Below, piece by piece: positions 18,301-29,569 of a stretch of DNA of 64,000 nucleotides. Made by a program: the position numbers and the translations under genes. Each line of letters starts with the position of its first letter. Position 1 is the stretch's first letter. The stretch comes from an uncultured Verrucomicrobiae bacterium (GTDB lineage: Bacteria; Verrucomicrobiota; Verrucomicrobiia; Limisphaerales; JAFGQR01): contig CAWBHS010000087.1 in the NCBI GenBank assembly GCA_963788655.1, positions 128,001-192,000 of the forward strand. Reading direction: 5' to 3'. The notes under the pieces are model-generated. The model saw only the letters and a list, made by a program, of their open reading frames with translations. It did not search any database and had not been told where the DNA came from.

Positions 18301-20713
18301 GGTGCGGATCACAATTGTCGCTGGCTTGCGGCGCCGGATAATTCACAACCGCACTTCCAGAGCCGGTTGGCAGTTCGGAAACAATCTCGTCCGCCGGGCA
18401 CACGATTTGCGGCGGCACATGATCATAGACGGTCACCGTGAAAACGCATTGGCTCTGATTGCCACTGGCGTCCGTGGCAAGGCAGCTAACGGTCGTGGTT
18501 CCCAGCGCAAACACAGAACTGGAAGGCGGCACGCAGAGAACCGTTGGCGCCGGATCACAAACGTCAGTCGCACTGGTTGTGAAATTGACCGGGGCGCCGC
18601 TCGCGTCCACGCAGGGCACGGATATGTTCTCTGGGCATTGGCTGATGGGCGGGGTGGTGTCCAGCACGCGGATGGTCTGATGGCACGTGGCCTCGTTGCC
18701 GCAGGCATCGACCGCAATCCAGGTGCGCGTCGCCATGAAGACGGTTCCCGGTTGCTGATTGGTAATCGTCATCACCACGTGGATCTGCACCGGTTGCGCC
18801 GAACAATTGTCCGTAGCCGACGGCGGATCGAAATCCCAAGTGTCGCCGCATTCGACTTCGCGGTCAGCCGCACATTGGCTCACCGGCGGAACTTGATCGT
18901 CCACTGTGATGGTTTGCGTGCAGGTGGCGGTGTTGCCGCAAATATCAGTCGCCTGATAGCGGCGTGCCACGAGGTATCGGTTGGGACAAGACTCGGCGCT
19001 GATCTCATCGCCGACCCATTCGACCGTCACGTCTCCCTGGCAATTGTCGGTGGCACTGACGAGCCCAGTGTTGGGTGCCGGCACGTCCGCCGCGCAGTCC
19101 ACCGTGACTGAGGCCGGGCAGGTAACCACAGGTGGGACTTGGTCCTCCACCGTGATGGTTTGCGCGCAAACGGCGGTGTTGCCGCAGACGTCAGTGGCCT
19201 GGTAGGTTCGCATCACGGTATAACGATGCGGGCAGGTTTGGCCAGATATTTGGTCTTCGAGCCAAACAACCGTTACATCGCCAGGGCATTGATCGGTGGC
19301 GAGGACGTCAACCACATTGGGCGCCGGGACCATTTCGTCGCAGTCCACGGTGAGCGGAGGCGGACAGACGATCAGGGGCGGTGTCTGGTCATTCACCGTA
19401 ATGATCTGGGTGCAGGTGGCCACGTTTCCGCAAGCATCGGCGGCATCGTACGTGCGCAGAATCGTGTAGCGGTTCGGACAGGTTTCGCCTTGCCGGTCAT
19501 CTCCGGCCCATCGGACCGTTACCCACCCCTGGCAGGCATCCGTGGCGACTATGGTTTGAACATTGGGCTCCGGCACCTCGCCGCAACCGACGGTGAGGTC
19601 GGGCGGGCAGTGCGTCAGAACCGGTGGCGTGGAGTCCGCGACCGTGATGTGCTGGGTGCAACTGCTGGTATTTTGGCAATCGTCCCGAGCCGTCCAGGTG
19701 CGGGAAATCACGCGCTCCGTAGCACAGGCGCCTGGCGTCACGCTATCGGTGTAAATAATGGAAAACAACAAGTCGCAATTGTCGATGGCCGTCACTTGAC
19801 CGGTGGCAGGAGGATCGGTCGGCTGACCGCATTCCACCGTCACATCCGGAGGACAGTTCAGAACCGGCGGGGTGAGGTCCAAGACGGTGATGCGCTGATT
19901 GCAAAAGCCAATGTTGCCGCAGGCGTCAGTTGCAGTCCAACGGCGGATAATAATCAGTGATTCCGGACACGTTGCCGTCTGATACGAGTCACTGAATCCA
20001 ACCATCGGTTGAGGATCACACGCATCGGTCGCAGTCGCCTGGCCCACGGATGCCGGATCGGTTGAAACATCGCACTCGATGCTCACAGCGGGCGGACACG
20101 CCACCAGCGGTGGCTCGCGATCCAGCACCGTAATGTGTTGGATGCAGGAAATTTGATTGCCGCAGTCATCGGTGGCGGTCCAGGTACGGAAGATGACTTT
20201 CTCCTGCGGACAGGAAACGGGGCCTTCTACATCGGCATGGACGAGGGCAACCGTTGGGCCACAATTGTCCGTCGCCGTGGCTTCGCCCGTAGCCGTCGGG
20301 GCGGTGGCGTCACCGCATTCCAACGTGACATCTGCCGGACAGACAAGGACTGGCGGTCTGGAATCCACCAGCGAGATACGCTGCACACAACTGGTAGAGT
20401 TGCCCGAATGATCGGCGGCCAGCCAGGTGCGGGTGACGATCTGTTTTACCGGACAATTTCCCGCGGTCACGGTGTCACTGAAGGTAATCGTCGGTTGGGG
20501 GTCCATCGCGTCGAGGGCCATGGCCCGTCCGGTCGTGGCCGGATCCGGCGCCTGGTCGCACTGGAGGGTGGCATCGGACACACAAAGAATAACCGGGGGT
20601 GATACGTCAGTCGGGGGCGCGGCTTCCGGAGAGGCTGCCCTCAGGGGCAGGGAAACTCCCAGAAAAGCCGCAGTGGCCGCGGCACTCGCGAGGATGTGAA
20701 TGATTGATTTCAT
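15308..20713 (-). CDS. large secreted protein (~1800 aa): ten ~80-aa Cys-rich HYR/HYR-like repeats, parallel beta-helix, Ig and PPC-like domains, C-terminal FYR domain
   Basis: Signal peptide from ATG 20713; repeats DxxPP..CP..(V/L)T(V/L)xC...RTW.A.D.CGN...C.Q.ITV; DSGPGSLRQAL; GN.I.GN repeats. Confidence 0.9.
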   Translation of the reverse strand: MKSIIHILASAAATAAFLGVSLPLRAASPEAAPPTDVSPPVILCVSDATLQCDQAPDPATTGRAMALDAMDPQPTITFSDTVTAGNCPVKQIVTRTWLAADHSGNSTSCVQRISLVDSRPPVLVCPADVTLECGDATAPTATGEATATDNCGPTVALVHADVEGPVSCPQEKVIFRTWTATDDCGNQISCIQHITVLDREPPLVACPPAVSIECDVSTDPASVGQATATDACDPQPMVGFSDSYQTATCPESLIIIRRWTATDACGNIGFCNQRITVLDLTPPVLNCPPDVTVECGQPTDPPATGQVTAIDNCDLLFSIIYTDSVTPGACATERVISRTWTARDDCQNTSSCTQHITVADSTPPVLTHCPPDLTVGCGEVPEPNVQTIVATDACQGWVTVRWAGDDRQGETCPNRYTILRTYDAADACGNVATCTQIITVNDQTPPLIVCPPPLTVDCDEMVPAPNVVDVLATDQCPGDVTVVWLEDQISGQTCPHRYTVMRTYQATDVCGNTAVCAQTITVEDQVPPVVTCPASVTVDCAADVPAPNTGLVSATDNCQGDVTVEWVGDEISAESCPNRYLVARRYQATDICGNTATCTQTITVDDQVPPVSQCAADREVECGDTWDFDPPSATDNCSAQPVQIHVVMTITNQQPGTVFMATRTWIAVDACGNEATCHQTIRVLDTTPPISQCPENISVPCVDASGAPVNFTTSATDVCDPAPTVLCVPPSSSVFALGTTTVSCLATDASGNQSQCVFTVTVYDHVPPQIVCPADEIVSELPTGSGSAVVNYPAPQASDNCDPHPTVICQPAAGTAFAVGNTVVTCIASDASGNSNSCTFVVTVIPYTITVSSLADSGPGSLRQALINANDSPEPNLIVFALPGPAPHTIHLLSPLPEITDSVTIDGWSELEFNGAPVVELDGSQATLPTAAPPGTTASPVNGGVDGLVLTSGGNIVRGLVLHGFATGIRVAGPGGNVIAGNFLGPDAAGTAARGNSEAGIYVSSAGNVIGGAAPGSGNVISGNAGSGIWLAGVNAVSNLVQGNLIGTATNGTSALGNGLDGVTLDNGAARNTIGGSTNGAGNRIAFNGRNGVTLEPAAGTDNAILGNAIFANAELGIDLGADGQTANDPGDADTGPNNVQNAPVLDSIQTVGGLATIQGSLNGAAHTIFRLEFFVNDTAGTAGPSEGQTLIGTGTVTTDASGAGNFAVNVPLVLPQPQFITATATDPDGNTSEFSVPVLAGGAPVIIEPPQSAQSTVGGMVMFCVDATGGQPLRYQWRHNGVNIPGATDVCLIIPSAALSDGGSYSVVVLNDYGAVVSSATTLALQFTVLSAGDNFVDRVPLSKDSGTTSGNNFTATREPGEPTPAGKTGGKSVWYTWRAPAMGIATFVTLGSTFDTLLGVYTGTSVDQLTVVDSDEDRGGFYTSRIRFNTVAGKDYHILIDGFGGAVGSFVFNWEFEATSSLLPVIRSHPVNLTVPPGATATFAVDAIGVCKYTYNKDGKYAYRCQQHGHVLTYQWFLNGQPLPGATNAMLTIPDARPEVVGNYTVQVTQQTRTVDSLPASLQLNVTGFSFEDAHATDKFLDAVLAPNPLILGAPPGASGVASFSVVSGYSGSQVFNTAGSATELNEEPICDVAGGASQWLSFVPQETGDLFLNTDGSSFDTVIAVAGRDPAHPNMLTVLGCDNNSGLDGQDSALVVPVRAGETNYIVVDGVNGATGILKLNFSLVTTAHLTPLGKNAQGANQLRLTGRPDMRFTIQASSNLVQWFSLLTTNSPLSDFDFLDPVPKRSPPRFYRALMMP

Positions 20714-21014
20714 TACGCTCAGGGTTCCTTTGGGGCCGCTCCCCCGGTTCCTTAATTTTTCTGATTTAAGCAGTCTGCTTATGGTAAGCTTGAGCAAAGC
20801 TTTCTATAAGTCGCCTCAAATTGCAATTTAAAACTGCGGGGCGGTTCCGTGCTTGGTCGCGGAGCGGCAAGCGATCCGAACGGACTTTAAGAAGCCAGCC
20901 TCCCTGGGCCAAGGAACATGACCGTTCGTTGTTCCTGGCGAGTTTGGCGCTTACGACCAGGATCCCTTGGAATCGCGCGGGCGCTGCACGGATGCGGTGG
21001 CGCGCACTCGCTAA

Positions 21015-21208
21015 GCCGTGACTATTCAGTAGGACAGGCGTCCCGCCTGTCCCGAACAAGTGGAAACCAACAACTTGTAGCACGGCGCCGCGAGTGTTTC
21101 TATGTCACCAAACGGTGAGGATGCCTTGGGCTATTCGAGACAGGCGAGACGCCTGTCCTACCACGCCGAACTGCCTCATCGCAGCACCAGCTACTGAATT
21201 GATATGGC
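21015..21208. mobile_element. MITE-like element, family B (194 bp), carrying a GTAGGACAGGCG REP doublet
   Basis: Ends GCCGTGACTATTCAG / CTGAATTGATATGGC, flanked by TAA on both sides; same-length inverted homologue at 34862-35055. Confidence 0.75.
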
Positions 21209-21341
21209 TAAGCCTTGGGTTGGGGTTGGGGTTGGGCGTACGGGCACTTCGACAGCGATTTCATTCTTTACGACCTCAAAAAGGATGCCTGGGGGGAGCC
21301 AATTTTGCGGGCGCTGATCCCGGCGGCCAAGCTGTGACCAT

Positions 21342-21665
21342 TTAATTCAACCAAGCGTATGCATCGGTGTGAATTCGTAAACGTGTCGGTTCCCACTTTT
21401 CAAATGTTTCTTCCGCATACCCCAAGTTGGAGACGATCGAGCGGCTGCCCATCGCCAACTGTCGTAGCATCCACGCGTAAGTCACCGTCGTACCGAACGC
21501 CCGGCGGATAAGATTCATGGCGTAATTTGGATGCAGGCCGTTGGTTTCGGCAATGGTCTGGGCTATGAGCGGTTCCTGATAATTGCGTGCAATGTAACCG
21601 GCAAGTTGATCGGCTCGCGACAGCGTAGGATCGGGAGCCCGGCCGGTTGGACGCTTCGATATCAG
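21342..21665 (-). pseudogene. AraC/MelR-like HTH remnant with an unrelated tail
   Basis: Open frame with no start codon ahead of the HTH: ADQLAGYIARNYQEPL..IAETNGLHPNYAMNLIRRAFGTT; second HTH and sensor domain absent. Confidence 0.7.
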
Positions 21666-21679
21666 CTACAGGGTTCTAC

Positions 21680-24600
21680 CTACCGGCTCGTTCGCAACCG
21701 ATAAAACCGCGTCGCCGAGCCGGGGGTATCGGGGTATTGGATCAATCGCTGGAAGGTTGCGAAGGGGATGTTCGTCAACACCTGCCACGGGGCCCCAGCA
21801 GCAAGCCCGTCGCGATACTCGAGAGCGTAGGCTTTGTTGGCTTGCGCAGTGAATTGCAGCGTCACCTCGCCCCCCCCAAAGTTCAGGGTCAACTGATACA
21901 AACTTTGCGGATCCTGCGGATCTGTGCCGGCCCAATATTCTTCGAGGTTGGTCGCCCCGTCCGAGTCCGCATCCAACGCTGCGTCGGCAGGATTATCCTT
22001 GCTCAAGCCATTGGCCATTTCCCATTCATCAGGCATCCCGTCGCCGTCCGTGTCACCTGGGGCAGGCTGCGGGCCAGGCGTCGGCGTGGCGGCTTGCCAA
22101 TTGACGGGGTCATTGCCGAAATCGGATACCGTCAGCCGTTGCAGTGAAAGGCCGAGGCCATCGGCTTCGGCAGGCCATGGCGACACGTCGGTGTAATGCA
22201 CCCGTTCCACCAGGACGTACGGCACCAAACCGACCTCCGGGCTGGTGGCACCTTCGGGGGTATCCGGCTTGTAAAGTTCCACGCGGTCGGTGCGGTTGTC
22301 CAATTTGCCTTCATACGGTCCGATGACGGATACTTCGGCGGACAATCCGTAGGCGGTGCGGAAGGCAGCCAGCGCTGCGGGATCCGCCACTGGATCAAAG
22401 CTGACCACCAACAAGTAATCGCTCGCGGGGATGCTGGTGTTCGTTGGGAAATTGAATTTCACCGCCGCACGCAACCGCCAGGTGTTTGTGGGATAGGCCG
22501 GATCGTAAAGGAGCGCGTCATCGCTGGTGATGTTTTGCAGTTCGATGAATTCATCGCGCACATTGTCATTGGTGCCGCCCACGTCCGGGGGGTGGTACAT
22601 AATTTCGCTGATCACCACCGGACCGACTTGCGGATCGGCATTCGGCAAGCCAGTGCCCGCGCGGAAGTCTGCCAGAGTCTCGGGATCGTCCTGACCGAAC
22701 GTCCTTTGGCTCATGGCGACCATTTGCACGTCGATGCTCGTCTCGTAGCGTCCGAAGGAGACGCCGCGTTCCGCGGGACCGAAATCAACTGCGCTCCGGT
22801 AACCATTGAATTGGCCGTTGCCGTCCACGGCGGACAGATACACCTCGTCGCCATTGGCCGAACTGAAGGCGAAACTGTCCGCGTCGCCCGGGCGCGGATT
22901 GAACTGATACTCGTAGAAGACTTTGAATCCGTGGGCCGGAATGATGGTGTTGTCGGGAATGCGATACTTGTTCAAGTACGTGCGGGCATCGCTCAGATAC
23001 CAGCCGCCGATGTCCACGGAGGAATCCGAAAGGTTGCGCAATTCCACTGCGTCTTCGAAGGGCAGGTCGCTGTGAGTGAGCACTTCGTTGATCACCACGT
23101 TTTCGAGTGGCAAGTAATTGCTCTCGCCCGGAGTAGGGGTGCTGGGGAAGGCCACCATGTTGGCGGCGCCATCGGGCAGGCGTCCCTGAGAAATGCCCTC
23201 GGCCTGCAAGCCAAAGGTGATGGCGTCGATCAAATTTCCCGTGGCACCGGCCAAGCCGATGGACTCGCCGTTCGCCGACAGCTTGAACGTGACGTGGTCC
23301 GCGCCGGCGGCCGGATTGTTGTCGGCGGCGAACTGCTGGAAGCCCAGCAAGCCTGCCGCCATGAAGGACCGCGGCGGGATTTGGTATTTGAGCCGGTTGT
23401 TCAAATCGTCGGTCAAGTGCAAGCCGCTCAGTTCCACCGGCTGGGGATTAGGATTGAACAGTTCAAACCAGTCGTCGCCCGAGATCGGGTCCGCCAGCCA
23501 TTCATTGATCGTAAGCTGGCTCACGTCACCCAGCGTGGCGGCCAGGTTGGTTGCCCCAGGGGTGGGAAGGGTCAACACCCAATTGGAGCTCGCGTTGGGC
23601 ACGCGGCCCAGGGTGAGGTCGGGTGCTTGGAGACCAAAGGTCACTCCATCCAATAGGGAGGCGCCGGCTGAGAGTTTGTCGAGCAGGTAGATCGCGTCAC
23701 CGGAAGCCTTCAGGCCAAACCCTGTATTGTTGGCCGAGGCGGGCAGACTGCTATCGAGCGTCACTTGGTAATAACCGTGCGCCGGGATCACCGAGCCCGC
23801 CGGGAACACCCAACGCTGCGGTTGGGTGAGTTGATCGGTCAAGCTCATGGCAGCGAGATCCACGTCGCTGTTGGAAGGATTGTACAGTTCGATCCAATCG
23901 GTCACGGTTCCGTCGTTGTTGGTCAGGCTGCGGTTGTTGGCCATAACCTCGTTGATGACCACGCCAGCCAGCGCGGGATTGTTGGTCAGGACCACGGCAT
24001 CCAGGCGTATCCCGAACACGACGTCGCTGCTCGTGGGACTGGTCTGATGAACTTCCACGGCCAGCACGTTGTCGCCGGCAACCACATTCGTGATGGCCAG
24101 ATCCAGCGGCCCGCCGTAGGTCGCATTGTTGACACTGGCCGGCGAGAGGGTGTCGTAAGTCACCAATCCTTCCGGCAGGTTCAAGCGGCCCGCCTCGGCG
24201 CCGTTGATGTAAAACACGGCTGAGTCATCGATGACGTGCATTGCTTGCAGACCGGACAGGTTCAAGCCGGCGGGCACATTGAAGTGGGTGCGAAAGTAAA
24301 AAGTGATTTTGCCGTTTTCAACCGTCAGTGGTGTGCGAATTGGTTCGGGCAGGCAGTTGCAACCTTCCTCAGCCAGGAGCGCCGGGCCGGCGTCCCAACT
24401 GGAATCATTGAACGTGGTCTCTTTCCAACTGGTGCCCAGGTCAGTGCCGGATTGGTCGTATTTCCAGAGGAACGTGTCGTCGAGCGGGATCAGATTCACC
24501 AGCGTGGGCGGCACGGTTTCGGGCGCCACCGGATTGCCGGATTCCGGCGTCGGTTGGGACAGGAAGACAATTCGCGCGGCGCCGTTGGGAGAACGGCCTT

Positions 24601-27600
24601 CGGAAATGTCCGGTTGCTGCAAACCATACGTTATATGGTCTATCTCGCTGCCGTCCACCGCCAGCAGCGCAAGCTCCCCACCTTCTTGGGAAAGCTGGAA
24701 ATCGACGTGGTTGGCGCCCGCGCTCGGACTGCCGTCGGCAATGAACGCGCGATAACCATAACCCGCGATGAAACTCAGCGGTGCGATGCGATGTTTGAAC
24801 GGCACGCCGATGGGATTATCCGTCAGATACAAGCCCCCGAGCGCCACGGGCAGCGGATCGGGATTATACAATTCCACGAAGTCGTCCAGGAAGACCGGCC
24901 CGTTGTTCGCCAGCCATTCGTTGATCTTCAGCGTTGCGGACGAACCGAGGGTCAGCGCAATGTTGCCTGCGCCGAAGGTTGGAGTCAAAGGCCCCATTGC
25001 CCATTGCTCAGCCGGCCGATGGACTGGTCGGCCAGTTGCACGCCGAAGGTGACTTGATCCAACACGCGGCTGGCGTTGGCGGACTTGTCCAGCAGGTAAA
25101 GCGTTTCGCCGAGTTGGTTCAACGCAAAGCCCAAATGAATGCCCGCGGTGCCGTCCGGATTGTTCGCAAACAACATCAAATATTGCCCGGCGGCCACACT
25201 GGCCCCCGCGGGGAACACAAACTTGTTCGGATCAGCCAGGTCGTCGGTCAATCGCAGGCCCTCTAAATTCATCGGCGTGCTGCTGGCATTGAACAATTCG
25301 ACAAGGTCGGGGAATGTGCCCTGGTATTCGAAAGCGGTGTCATTGCGAGCCAGGACTTCGTTGATCACCACTCCCTTCAAGTTCGAGAGCACCGCCCACG
25401 TTTGCGAAACGGTGGCGTCCGCTTCTGCCTGCCACGTGCCACTGGAATTTCGGCCAATGACATAGACCGTGTAGGTCCCATCCGCCAATCCCGACAAGGC
25501 GATGGGTGTGCTCACCATGGTCTCCGAACCCCAGGCGCCGTTGTTCAAGCGATACTTGTAATGCGTGATGTCCTGCCCGCCGACGGTCAAAACCGCGCTG
25601 TTTTGGAAGGTCGGGGAAACGGGTTCGCCAACAATCGTAGCCCGGACGGAGTTTGGTTCCGCGGGCAATTGCGAGAGCACGTAAGCATTACGCTGCACCA
25701 CGAAGTTTTTCATGTTCGCGATGTTGTTGGCCGGCACCCAATCTCCGAGCAGTTGATCGAACAAAGGGAGCAGGTTGTTGGTAGAAAATGTGGTCGTCAA
25801 TTGATGTCGCAATTCGGCGTAGTACATCGCCTCGAATTCCGGATTATGCAGGAACCGGTCCACGATGGGGAGCCGGGTCGCCACAAAAATGTCTTCGCTG
25901 GCGTTGCCGCCGGTGTCGCCTTCATCGAAAACCGTGTCAAAGTCATGCGCCACGACCATGAACCGTGGATCAACCAAGCCGCGGTACAGCCCGAAGTCAT
26001 CACCGTAGCCGGAACCCAGCGACGTTTCGGAATAATCCATCAGCGAGAGCACGGCGAAGTAACGCAGCCACAGTTCCACATTCGCGTTATGTTTGACGGC
26101 GGCCACGTATTCGCTGTCGGGCGTCGTGGAGGGATTCAGCGCCAGGATGAGCGCCATAAAGTCCGACCAATCGTTCTCGCTGGCGTTCGCCGTCTTGTAA
26201 TAGCCACGGCTGATGTAACTGGCGGGGTCTGTTCCCTGGTAAGTTAAGTCCGCCTGGTGCGAACCACTGGAGGCGCGATACACATTGCCCGCGCTGTCCT
26301 GCGGGAAATGGTTTTCGGCCCATTCGCCGTTGAGCGGTTCGACATGCACGTACGAGCCGAACGTCGGCGAACCGCTGGGAGCGGGATTGGCGGCATTCAC
26401 ACGCAATTGAATGGGCCGGACGATTTCGGTCGGCAATCCGGCTTGAAGCGCCACCGCGCTGCCGATCATTTGGGCGTGGGTGTACTGCGAGTTCAAGTTC
26501 GCGGACGTGACGCCATTCCACGGACGATCGCTGGGAATGTTCAACCGATACGATGGTTGCGCGCGTCCACGGCTGCCGGCGCCACGGTAACGCAGACCGC
26601 AGTTGTAACGGATCTTTACACTGTCGCCCTGCCGGCTCACCAACGTGGCATTCATTTGCGCATCGCTGTTGCGCGAACCGTCCGCGAGACGCACGCGCTC
26701 TTCCTCGGTCATGATGATGCGGTAAACGGGCTGCGCGCCGGCGTAGTCTTCGTCGTCCACCTGGAATATGGCATTGGCCCGCTGCTCGAAACCACCGCCC
26801 GTCACCTGTGCCGCGGCCGGCCAAGTGCGGCGGTTGCTGTTGGCGTCGGTGGCCTGCACATAGAACTCTTCGACGGTTTCGTTGGCCAGCGGCCCGAGGA
26901 TCGCTCCATAAATCCCGTCGCCGGCGACGCCGTCATTGTGCGCGCCGTCGTCAAACATGGTGGATTCACCAAACGGCGGCGCGGATTCGCTGCTCGCATC
27001 GCGCGACCACAATTTGACGGTGATCCCATTCGTCTGTTCGTCCACCACGCGGGCCGTGATGGTGATGGTGTCCGTCGAACGCGGTATGGCGGGGAAATGC
27101 GCCACGTCGAGAACCAAGGGAGCCACGTTGCTCGCGGCTAAAGAATTCGCCTGGCCGGGACTGCCATTGTTGTCAGCACTGGCGCCCCAGTTCTGCCCGT
27201 GGTTATTGGGCAGGGCCGGATTGCGCAGCTCGAGCGACTTGCCCAGTCCATCGTGTTCGGCATACCATTCCCAGCCGCGCGTGTCCGTTGGCCAGGGCCG
27301 GCGCAGGGCAAAATCCCCTTCATCGGCGTAGGCTACCAAATCCACGCGGTCACCGGAGGCATCTTCCAATTCGATTTCTTCACCGCTATTGCTCAAACGG
27401 CCGTCCCAATTACCCACCACGTTGGCCACGCCTGGATAACGCGCGTTGAAGGCCGTTACATCGGCCGCCACCACCAGGAACCCACCCGCGGCCAAAGACA
27501 CGTTCGGGAAAGTGAAATCCACGCCACGGTTCAATCGCCAGCCGGTTAAATTAACCGCGCTTGAACCGGTGTTCAGCAATTCGACAAATTCCTCGTCCGT

Positions 27601-29199
27601 GCGCTCCGAAGCGGGGTGGTACATGATTTCATTGATGACCACCCGGTCCTCGAACACAGCGGTGTCATTCAGCGTGTAACTCCAGGAACCACCCACGAAC
27701 GCTCGCGGCGTGAGGGCTTGATCGGTGATTCCATGGCCGCCGGCCCAGGTGACGTTGATGGCGGTGGTGTTGGTGGGCTGAACCAGACTGAACTCATACG
27801 GCCCGGCGCCAGTGCCGGACACACTGACGGCCGGTGTGTTGTTAATCAGCAAGTCTGCCGCGTCCACTCCCACTACCGGTTCGCTGAAAGTGATTTTGAT
27901 TTTCAGCAAAGCTCGAAGCGTGGCGTTCGGCATGGGGCTGACTTGGGTGGCCGTCGGGGCAACCGTGTCGGTCAGCGTGTATTGCCAGTTCGCGGCGCTT
28001 CCGTATTGATCGAAGGCGCGAGGTGGATTTTCGTAATCGGTAATACCGTGCGCACCGTTCCAGGCGACCAACACCGTGCCTTCGCGCGGGGACGGAAACG
28101 TAAATGTGTAAATCGCGCCGGACCCACTGACTGCTGGCGCCGGGAGTCCATTGATGAGCAGGTCGGCGGCATCGACGTTTTGCACCGGTTCGCTAAAGGT
28201 CACCGTGAGATTGGTCAGTTCGTGGACCGTGCCGGCGGGCGGATTGACGCTGGCAATAGTGGGCGGCGTTGAAATGTTGACCGTCACATGCACCACCGCG
28301 GAGGTCGCGCGCGCGCCGAGATTATCTGTGGCCACAGCAGTCAGGGCGTAGTTGCCAATCGACACGTTGTTCCAATCGTAGGTAAACGGCGACGAATTGT
28401 CTTCACCCAGCTTGGCGGTACCGGCGTAAAATTCGACGAGATTGATACTGCCATCGGGATCGGAGGCGGCGGCGCTGATTGGAAAACTTGCCGGAGTCGT
28501 GTAAAAGGCATTGTCGGCCGGACTGCCGATGCTGACCGACGGCGGATCGTTGATGACCGGATCGGTGCTGGCGAGCAGTTCCAGGTCGAAGCTGATGTCG
28601 GAGCTGGTGGCATCCGCTTGGTGGATTTCCACCGCAATGACGTTGTCACCGCTGACCAGCAGGTTGGGATTGACGGTGGATTCGAGGATCGCCGATTCAT
28701 CGCTGCCCCCAATGGCGGTCAAGGCATAAGTATCATGCGCGATTGCACCCGAAGGCAGGTTATCGCGGAAGACCTCGGTGCCATTTAAATACACCACGAT
28801 CCCGTCATCGCGAATTACGCTTAGTCGCAAGACAGTGTACGTGGATGGATTGGAAACGTTGAATGTGTGGCGGAAGTATGTGGTGACGTATTTGTCCCGT
28901 CTGTTGGGCCCATAGCTGACTTCGGTGGCTTCATCGCCGTCACCGTAGCCGAGTTGGGCGGGACCGCTGGCCCAGGAATTGTCATTGAAGCTGGAGGCAC
29001 TCCAGCCGGTTTCCTGATCGGAGCCATCGTCCAAGTATTTCCAATCCGAACCCATGCTGATCAGCGTATCGGTCACCGCCTGTGCGGAAGCGGCAGCCAG
29101 GAGCGCGGCGCTTAGAATTAGCCCCATCACCCCCAATTTCGGCACGTTATGGTGCGGTCTAACGGGGCCCGTAGTGCGAGCCTGTTGGACGTTGTTCAC
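21680..29199 (-). CDS. giant secreted protein (~2500 aa) with a CotH-family kinase domain, seven lamin-tail domains, Ig-like domains and a C-terminal FYR domain (one frameshift near 24987)
   Basis: LTD starts (V/L)x(I)(N/S)E(I/V/W) seven times; CotH-like RYRGAGSR, VAHDFDTVF; ORFs 24985-29256 and 21680-24997 join inside an LTD; start approximate. Confidence 0.88.
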
Positions 29200-29569
29200 G
29201 TTTTTGCAAACTTCTTGTAACCGTGTAGTCAACATTTTGTAATATTTTTGAACCAACCGGTGATGGCCTCAATATACACCAATACTGAAGGACAGTAGGT
29301 GAGCTTGACCCAAAATAGCTGCGTAATTCTTGAAGATCAAAGGGAGATTGCCGTTTTTCTCAGTCTGGCTCCGAAAAAGTACGTAGTTTGCTCGCACGCT
29401 GGGGAAGGATTTGAGCCTCGCAGAGGACAGGCGATTCCGGATTTCGGGATGCCCGATACTCAAGAACTGACGCGCGGCCGAACCGTGGAAGCCGGGGTGT
29501 TGTGTCGGTGCGCGCGGATGAAGGTATCCGCGCTCCCATGCGCCACGGCAGGCCAGATGGCTGGTTCGC

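Noticed and set aside
24984..24990. CTT TGA C at the CotH/LTD break resembles the prfB +1 programmed frameshift site
   Set aside because: The downstream ORF is in the -1 frame, not +1; a missing base explains it better.
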